A stretch of 56,220 nt of DNA from Nemertoderma westbladi. Taxonomy: Eukaryota; Animalia; Xenacoelomorpha. The position numbers and the translations under genes are program-made. The stretch spans positions 1 through 56,220 of the forward strand of contig JAUCBJ010003545.1 of assembly GCA_032718475.1 (NCBI GenBank), given 5' to 3'. Positions within the stretch are counted from its first letter, which is position 1. Each line of letters opens with the position of its first letter. Shown here piece by piece: positions 47,635-56,220 of the stretch. Under the pieces are notes generated by a model that saw only the letters and a list, made by a program, of their open reading frames with translations, made no database searches and had not been told where the DNA came from.

Positions 47635-48815
47635 GTAGATACATCGTTCTAGAATTTTCGAGGGGATGGCAAGTAAAGATATTGGACGGTAAAGCGGTAC
47701 TGGAGTTCTATTGCCCTTCTTATGTCGTGGTGATATTGATGCATGTTTCCATTCTCGTGGAAAGTAACAGTTGTCTTTAAACACCAAAAATAATGCAGCT
47801 AAAGATGGTGCTAGTTGTACGCTTAGTTGTTGGAGGAAACGTGGTGGTAAGTTATCAGGGCCTCTGGCTTTGGTAACATTTAGTGATGTTAGGAGTAGTT
47901 GTACAGTGGATACAGACACATCGTAGTCGTCAATAAAATTATCGTGGTAGGGATCCTCAGTGGGGGATAATGTTGGAGGAGTAATTGCTGCTGTTTTTAT
48001 TGCTGGCTTTTTGTAAACTGAGTGGAAGAATTCGGAAAAAAGGTCTGCTTGTTCTGCCGGTGTACATGCGGTATACCCATTATAAGTTACAAGAGGTGGT
48101 ATTGCACTGGTGTTTCGTAAAGATTTGAAGTATTTATAGAGTTGTTGCATAGAGCGACTACTGGCTAGTTTGCATTCATGTTGAGCCTGGTCAGTTTCTA
48201 GATCCGTATTTATTTCGTGTTCCATATTTCGTAGTTTATTCAATAGAGATGGTGGTGGCTTTTTGTGTTCGGGGTATTTGTTAACTCTGCGTTTCAATGT
48301 TTCCAGTTTGTGTAATTTGTGTGAGGTGTGTTGGGTAACCCATGGTGGTAAGATTGAGCGATGGAGAGTTCGTCTTGGTACGCTAGCTTCAATTATTTTT
48401 CCAATCCATTCGTACCATCTTGTGAGTAAATTATCTAGGTCTTCTATTGTATGGGGTCCAACCGTTACGCTGAAGGGGTTCTTTGTGCAGATGGTTGTGG
48501 CAGCACCCACATCAAGTTTACAGAAACTATGACGATTAGTTGAGTTAATGGTTGGAACACGTTTTGGTGCTGCATTTAGTATGACTTGTACAGGATGGTG
48601 GTCGGATTTACAATTAGTTTTCAAATGATTATAGCCTTCGAAAAATAAATTTACATCCACAATTAGGTTATTAGAGTTCGAAAGCAATATGTCTAGCGTA
48701 TTTGTACCTCTCGTGGGGAATGTAACGTATTGTTTAAAATTAAATTCATCAAAAATATTTAAAAATGCACTTTCATATGGATCCCTAGAAAAAAATGAGT
48801 CCCAATTGATTATTG
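47635..48815 (-). mobile_element. CR1-like LINE ORF2 fragment (APE end to RT start), truncated at both ends
   Basis: INWDS, PTRGTNTLDILL, SDHHPV, PPWVT, KARGPDNLP, WKHASISPRHKKG, YRPISLLAIPSKILER. Confidence 0.88.
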
Positions 48816-51348
48816 AATGTAATATCCCTCGGAACTCAGCTCCTAGCAAACCGAAATCCTATCTAAAACGTGACATTACCCCAAAAAATATTAAACTCTT
48901 TTCCGCGAAATTACAATCCCTAACAGATTCTAATGGTTGGGACGCAATATTTAATCAATCCGATCCCGATGCCGCTTATAACATTTTCATTGAAATTTAT
49001 CAATCCTCTTACGTAGACAGTTTTCCCCTCAAAGAAAAGAAAATTATAAATATATACAAACCTTGGATAACATAATCTATGTATGAGTCCATTAAATATA
49101 AGCACCACCTCTATGCTGCCTACTTAAAAACAAATTCATTAGAAAACAAATCCAAATATATAAAATTTAAAAATTTATTAACAACCATCATACGGAAAGC
49201 TAAGATATTACACTTTTCCTCGCTTTTCGAAAAATTCAAAAACAATATTTCCAAAACATGGTCAGTTATACGCGATCTACTTAATAACAAAAAGCAAAGC
49301 ATTTTATCCTCTACATTCCTTATCAAAGGCCGTATTACAGATAAAGCGGATGAAATTGCAGACCACTTCAATGACCACTACTCAACAGTCGGAAACAAAC
49401 TCTCCAGTCAAATACCCCTAACCAATAATACTATCCACAATTATTTAGGCAATCCCGTCGCTCAATCATTATTTTTCTCCCCAGTCAGTATACACAAGAT
49501 ATTGAAGCCATTGTTTCTTCCTTACCTAGATCCGCAGCATGCGGGTTAGACGCTGTTAACCCAATAGTTATAAAACAAATAATTAGCTTCATTTCCTTGC
49601 CTGTCACCCATTTTATAAACCTATCTCTATCAACAGGCACATTTCCTAATGGCTTGAAATTAACCAAAATCATACCTATATTTAAAAACAATGGGGACAA
49701 AAACATAGTATTAAATTACAGACCTATCAGCATTCTTCCGGTTCTCTCGAAAATTCTAGAACGTGTTGTCTTCAAACAATTAGAACTATTTATCACTAAA
49801 CATAAAGTAATTAATATGAATCAATTTGGATTCCAAACTGGCAAATCCACCAGCAATGCTATCACACTCTTACTGAATAATATATACAATAGTCTTGAAA
49901 ATTCGGAAACTACCCTGGGCGTTTTCTTAGACCTTTCCAAAGCTTTTGATACTGTAAACCATAAACTTTTATGTCAAAAACTAGAACATTACGGTATACG
50001 GGGCATCGCCCTAGACTGGTTCATAAGCTATCTTAGCAACCGTTGGCAACAAGTATGTTTCAACTCCACCCTCTCATCAAAAAAACTAATCACCTGCGGG
50101 GTCCCCCAAGGGTCGATCCTATCACCAATCTTATTTTTATTATTTATCAATGACATAACTGCCTCATCAACAAACTTAAAATTTATTCTTTTTGCCGACG
50201 ACTGCAATATATTTATTTCCAATAAAAATGCGGACGACCTGATTACATTAGCAAACACTGAACTTGAAAAAACTCTAATCTGGTTATACACTAATAAACT
50301 TTCCCTAAACATCTCCAAAACTAAATACATGATTTTTCAGAAAAAACACAATGAAAAAACATTAGCAAAAATCTCAATTGGTCCACACAATATCGAACAA
50401 GTTAAACATATCAAATTCCTTGGTATATTTATCATCGATAACCTAAAATGGAACAAACACATCGATTATATTAGACTGAAAATTGCAAAAAATATAGGAA
50501 TTATAAACAAAGCTAAGAACTTCTTACCACTTAATATACGTATTAACTTATACCATTCTTTGATTGAATCTTATTTAAATTATGCTGTCACTGCGTGGGG
50601 AAACCGCGGCGAATCCCATACTCCTACCTACCTTCTTCCGCTAATAAAATTACAGAAAAAAATAATCCGCATAATCCTCTTGAAACCTTATGACCATCAT
50701 ACACATATCTTATTTAAACAATTGAAACTTATGAACCTGTCCTCACTTTATAAATTTCAATGTCTACAATATACCTTCTGCTTTCGGACGGGTCTATCTA
50801 AACTCCCAACACAACTAACGAACAACTTCACACTTGCCAACTCTATCCATACTTATCCAACTCGTACAACCTGTAGCCTAAACTACCGACTTCCACTTTA
50901 CCGATCTAATCTTGCCCAATCCTCTTTATCCTACCAGGCCCCTAAATTATGGAATAATCTACCTAAAGACCTTAGGAGAGCAACAACCTTACACCAGTTT
51001 AAAAAACAGATTAAGTTTTATCTAATTGACTTACAATAATTTTATACAATAAGCTCCCCAGAGACACACCTTTCTCTTCTTTTTTTCTTTTTTTTTTATC
51101 GCTAAGCCCTACCTCTCGAACAATGCAAATTTGGGGCAGTAGTGGCAATGTCATATAAGCTTGCTTCGTACACTGCCGCTGGCCCCTGTGCAATTGAAAG
51201 TGACGCCCGGGTAGGGGGGGGGGGGGGGGGGGGGTTAGTGGGTAGTTATGTAGTTTTAGCATTTGTATCAATGCAATTTATACACTTATTATATATCAAT
51301 AACCAAAATAAAGGTACGGGCCTATCCCGGTAAACAAACAAACAAACA
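48816..51348 (+). mobile_element. 5'-truncated L2/Crack-type LINE with RT, 3' UTR and (AAAC)n tail
   Basis: KPWIT, YRPISILPVLSKILE, QFGF, FLDLSKAFDTV, GVPQGSILSP, FADD; stop at 51039; AATAAA at about 51307; AAAC tail at 51331-51348; one stop (49073) and a frameshift near 49500. Confidence 0.9.
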
Positions 51349-51882
51349 ATGCACATTAGGCAGATTCAAGTCACCGCAAATAATTAAATCATTGAGATTT
51401 ATTTCCCAGTTTTTGATTATGTTAAAAAGAATAATAAAATTGGATATTGGAATACGATATATACTTTCACTTGGGGGATTGTATATACATACAAGCCCAA
51501 TTTTCCTATTGTTTAAAATACAAGTACAAGCACAAACGGCACTGGTTAAGAGATTAAAATTATCGGATAGCTCATCCTTGATGTTTAGTGTGGTATATGG
51601 TATACCGGATTTGATAGCGATTAAAGCACCACCATGTGAGGATACACCATCGGGTTTACCTGGTCTTTCTGCACGAACTAAGTTATATTAAATAGATGGA
51701 TGATGTTGTTATATTTTGGATTTTGTATTAATATTAATTATGGTTAGAATTAAAAAAATTTTGTTTGAATAATATTTATTTGATAATTAAATAAATATTT
51801 AAAATTTCCCGGAATCCATCTCAAACCTTTGTTGGGCGTCAGGGACTGATTGTTGGGTAACACCTAAACTCTATCTCCATAG

Positions 51883-52046
51883 CGAACTACTGCATCAACC
51901 CTCAGTACGAGATCTCATTGGTTGATTCAGAAGATGACGAAGACGAGCTGTGTTCATTGGTTGTCGCGTTGCTCCAGAAACACCGTAGATTAAAGCGCTA
52001 CCAGGAAGGTATCCCCTATTTGGCGATTGGCTTTCACATATACGAG
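51883..52046 (+). CDS. CAPN: Calpain exon 7 (NPQY, acidic loop DSEDDEDE, ALLQK, IGFHIYE)
   Basis: ccatag|CG...GAG|gtttgt; phases 1/0. Confidence 0.93.
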
Positions 52047-52302
52047 GTTTGTTGGCCCCCTTGTATTGGTCTGTTTCTGTTTATTAAGTGATTCAGTGAC
52101 CATTCTGGTTACTGTTTCAACGCTTCGAGATACTGGTTGAGCCGCGCACAACGTATTTCCGTTCAGTTGTATCTCTTTGATTATTCTCCTCAAGGTTGTT
52201 GTTTTTGCTTGATACTTTTTTTTGATGAACTTTGTGTTACTTCTGTTTCTCTACTTTGTAGTATTTTATATTTATTTTATTTATTTATTTATTTTATTGT
52301 AG

Positions 52303-52423
52303 TTGGATCCTTCGATTCAGTTACCGGTTAACGAACGTTTCTTTGGGGAACATCAACCGGTGGCGCGGTGCTCCGCATATATGGAATCACGGGAGAATAC
52401 GAGGAGATTCAAACTGGCCCCGG
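52303..52423 (+). CDS. CAPN: Calpain exon 8 (LDPSIQL...RENTRRFKLAPG); 3' boundary uncertain because it runs into the array
   Basis: ttgtag|TTG; matches domain III REVxxRFxLPPG; first donor CCGG|gtaagt at 52423/52424. Confidence 0.85.
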
Positions 52424-55400
52424 GTAAGTACAAACTGGCCCCGGGTAAGTACAAACTGGCCCCGGGTAAGGACAAACTGGCCCCGGGTAAGTACAAACTT
52501 GCGCCGGGTAAGTACAAACTGGCCCCGGGTAAGTACAAACTGGCGCCAGGTAAGTACAAACTGGCCCCGGGTAAGTACAAACTGGCCCGGGTCAGTACAA
52601 ACTGGCCCCGGGTAAGTACAAACTGGCCCCGGGTAAGTACAAACTGGCCCGGGTCAGTACAAACTGGCCCCGGGTAAGTACAAACTGGCCCCGGGTAAGT
52701 ACAAACTGGACCGGGTAAGTACAAACTGGCCCCGGGTAAGTACAAACTGGCCCCGGGTAAGTACAAACTGGCCCCGGGTAAGTACAAACTGGCCCCGGGT
52801 AAGGACAAACTGGCACCGGGTAAGTACAAACTGGCACCGGGTAAGTACAAACTGGCCCCGGGTAAGTACAAACTGGCGCCAGGTAAGTACAAACTGGCAC
52901 CGGGTAAGTACAAACTGGCCCTGGTAAGTACAAACTGGACCGGGTAAGTACAAACTGGCCCCGGGTAAGTACAAACTGGCCCCGGGTAAGTACAAACTGG
53001 CCCCGGGTAAGTACAAACTGGCCCCGGGTAAGTACAAACTGGCCCCGGGTAAGTACAAACTGGACCGGGTAAGTACAAACTGGCCCCGGGTAAGTACAAA
53101 CTGGCCCCGGGTAAGTACAAACTGGCCCCGGGTAAGTACAAACTGGCCCCGGGTAAGTACAAACTGGCCCCGGGTAAGTACAAACTGGACCGGGTAAGTA
53201 CAAACTGGCCCCGGGTAAGTACAAACTGGCGCCAGGTAAGTACAAACTGGCCCCGGGTAAGTACAAACTGGCCCCGGGTAAGTACAAACTGGCCCGGGTC
53301 AGTACAAACTGGCCCCGGGTAAGGACAAACTGGCACCGGGTAAGTACAAACTGGCCCGGGTAAGTACAAACTGGACCGGGTAAGTACAAACTGGCCCCGG
53401 GTAAGTACAAACTGGCCCCGGGTAAGTACAAACTGGCGCCAGGTAAGTACAAACTGGCACCGGGTAAGTACAAACTGGCCCGGGTAAGTACAAACTGGAC
53501 CGGGTAAGTACAAACTGGCCCCGGGTAAGTACAAACTGGCCCCGGGTAAGTACAAACTGGCCCCGGGTAAGTACAAACTGGCCCCGGGTAAGTACAAACT
53601 GGCCCCGGGTAAGTACAAACTGGCCCCGGGTAAGTACAAACTGGCCCCGGGTAAGTACAAACTGGCCCCGGGTAAGTACAAACTGGCCCCGGGTAAGTAC
53701 AAACTGGACCGGGTAAGTACAAACTGGCCCCGGGTAAGTACAAACTGGCCCCGGGTAAGTACAAACTGGCCCCGGGTAAGTACAAACTGGCCCCGGGTAA
53801 GTACAAACTGGCCCCGGGTAAGTACAAACTGGCCCCGGGTAAGTACAAACTGGCCCCGGGTAAGTACAAACTGGCCCCGGGTAAGTACAAACTGGCCCCG
53901 GGTAAGTACAAACTGGCCCCGGGTAAGTACAAACTGGCGCCGGGTAAGGACAAACTGGCGCCGGGTAAGTACAAACTGGCCCGGGTAAGGACAAACTGGC
54001 GCCGGGTAAGGACAGACTGGCGCCGGGTAAGTACAAACTGGCCCCGGGTAAGTACAAACTGGCCCCGGGTAAGTACAAACTGGCCCCGGGTAAGTACAAA
54101 CTGGCCCCGGGTAAGTACAAACTGGCCCCGGGTAAGTACAAACTGGCCCCGGGTAAGTACAAACTGGCCCCGGGTAAGTACAAACTGGCCCCGGGTAAGT
54201 ACAAACTGGCCCCGGGTAAGGACAAACTGGCCCCGGGTAAGTACAAACTGGCCCCGGGTAAGTACAAACTGGCCCCGGGTAAGTGTACAAACTGGACCGG
54301 GTAAGTACAAACTGGCCCCGGGTAAGTACAAACTGGCCCCGGGTAAGTACAAACTGGCCCCGGGTAAGTACAAACTGGCGCCGGGTAAGTACAAACTGGC
54401 CCCGGGTAAGTACAAACTGGCCCCGGGTAAGTACAAACTGGCCCCGGGTAAGTACAAACTGGCCCCGGGTAAGTACAAACTGGCCCCGGGTAAGTACAAA
54501 CTGGCCCCGGGTAAGTACAAACTGGCCCCGGGTAAGTACAAACTGGCCCCGGGTAAGGACAAACTGGCGCCGGGTAAGGACAAACTGGCGCCGGGTAAGT
54601 ACAAACTGGCCCGGGTAAGGACAAACTGGCGCCGGGTAAGGACAGACTGGCGCCGGGTAAGTACAAACTGGCCCCGGGTAAGGACAAACTGGACCGGGTA
54701 AGTACAAACTGGCCCCGGGTAAGGACAAACTGGCGCCGGGTAAGTACAAACTGGCCCCGGGTAAGGACAAACTGGCGCCGGGTAAGGACAAACTGGCGCC
54801 GGGTAAGTACAAACTGGCCCCGGGTAAGTACAAACTGGCCCCGGGTAAGGACAAACTGGCGCCGGGTAAGTACAAACTGGCCCCGGGTAAGTACAAACTG
54901 GCCCCGGGTAAGTACAAACTGGACCGGGTAAGTACAAACTGGCCCCGGGTAAGGACAAACTGGCGCCGGGTAAGTACAAACTGGCCCCGGGTAAGTACAA
55001 ACTGGCCCCGGGTAAGTACAAACTGGACCGGGTAAGTACAAACTGGCCCCGGGTAAGGACAAACTGGCGCCGGGTAAGTACAAACTGGCACCGGGTAAGT
55101 ACAAACTGGCCCCGGGTAAGTACAAACTGGACCGGGTAAGTACAAACTGGCCCCGGGTAAGGACAAACTGGCACCGGGTAAGTACAAACTGGCCCCGGGT
55201 AAGTACAAACTGGCGCCGGGTAAGTACAAACTGGCCCCGGGTAAGTACAAACTGGCCCCGGGTAAGTACAAACTGGACCGGGTAAGTACAAACTGGCCCC
55301 GGGTAAGGACAAACTGGCGCCGGGTAAGTACAAACTGGCCCCGGGTAAGGACAAACTGGCGCCGGGTAAGTACAAACTGGCCCCGGGTAAGTACAAACTG

Positions 55401-56220
55401 GCCCCGGGTAAGTACAAACTGGACCGGGTAAGTACAAACTGGCCCCGGGTAAGGACAAACTGGCGCCGGGTAAGTACAAACTGGCCCCGGGTAAGTACAA
55501 ACTGGCCCCGGGTAAGTACAAACTGGACCGGGTAAGTACAAACTGGCCCCGGGTAAGGACAAACTGGCACCGGGTAAGTACAAACTGGCCCCGGGTAAGT
55601 ACAAACTGGCCCCGGGTAAGTACAAACTGGCCCGGGTAAGTACAAACTGGACCGGGTAAGTACAAACTGGCCCCGGGTAAGTACAAACTGGCCCCGGGTA
55701 AGTACAAACTGGCCCCGGGTAAGTACAAACTGGCCCCGGGTAAGTACAAACTGGCCCCGGGTAAGTATAAACTGGCCCCGGGTAAGGACAAACTGGCCCC
55801 GGGTAAGTACAAACTGGCCCCGGGTAAGTACAAACTGGCCCCGGGTAAGTACAAACTGGCCCCGGGTAAGTACAAACTGGCCCCGGGTAAGGACAAACTG
55901 GCCCCGGGTAAGTACAAACTGGCCCCGGGTAAGTACAAACTGGCCCCGGGTAAGTACAAACTGGCCCCGGGTAAGTACAAACTGGCCCCGGGTAAGTACA
56001 AACTGGCCCCGGGTAAGGACAAACTGGCCCCGGGTAAGTACAAACTGGCCCCGGGTAAGTACAAACTGGCCCCGGGTAAGTACAAACTGGCCCCGGGTAA
56101 GTACAAACTGGCCCCGGGTAAGTACAAACTGGCCCCGGGTAAGTACAAACTGGCCCCGGGTAAGTACAAACTGGCCCCGGGTAAGTACAAACTGGCCCCG
56201 GGTAAGTACAAACTGGCCCC
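52410..56220 (+). repeat. 21-bp minisatellite CAAACTGGCCCCGGGTAAGTA, more than 180 units, running off the window
   Basis: Starts inside calpain exon 8; mostly perfect units with recurrent 20-bp and substitution variants. Confidence 0.98.

Noticed and set aside
52353-56211. Minus-strand ORFs of about 1000 aa
   Set aside because: The 21-bp unit has no stop in any minus frame; these are array artefacts.

Overview
Repeat-rich animal (probably marine invertebrate) nuclear DNA with spliceosomal introns; it is not prokaryotic and contains no CRISPR, rRNA or tRNA genes that I can support. Three host genes are recognisable: the first two coding exons of an ELMO/CED-12 gene (minus strand, running off the left edge), a three-exon HS1BP3-like gene with no visible PX domain (8.1-11.0 kb), and eight exons of a calpain with an intact C/H/N triad (32984 to at least 52423). 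Most of the rest is transposons and satellites. A P-element/THAP9-type transposase is split by a very young 15.2-kb BEL/Pao LTR element (1223-bp LTRs, ATACT TSD), which itself carries a CCC-ended EnSpm-like insert. There are also MULE-type foldback elements with 9-bp TSDs, a 3.76-kb pogo/Fot1-like transposon, RTE, CR1, L2/Crack and CRE LINE pieces, and several minisatellites. Main leads: (1) the BEL/Pao element has no tRNA PBS, but the 11 nt right after its 5' LTR are exactly complementary to 11 nt inside its own LTR, a Tf1-like self-priming signature; it has also lost RT, most of RNase H and integrase in frame, and carries structured RNA segments and orphan 3' ORFs; (2) two calpain-intron minisatellites start exactly at exon ends and amplify the 5' splice site itself (about 20 and more than 180 copies). 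Family assignments come from motif recognition by eye, not database searches.
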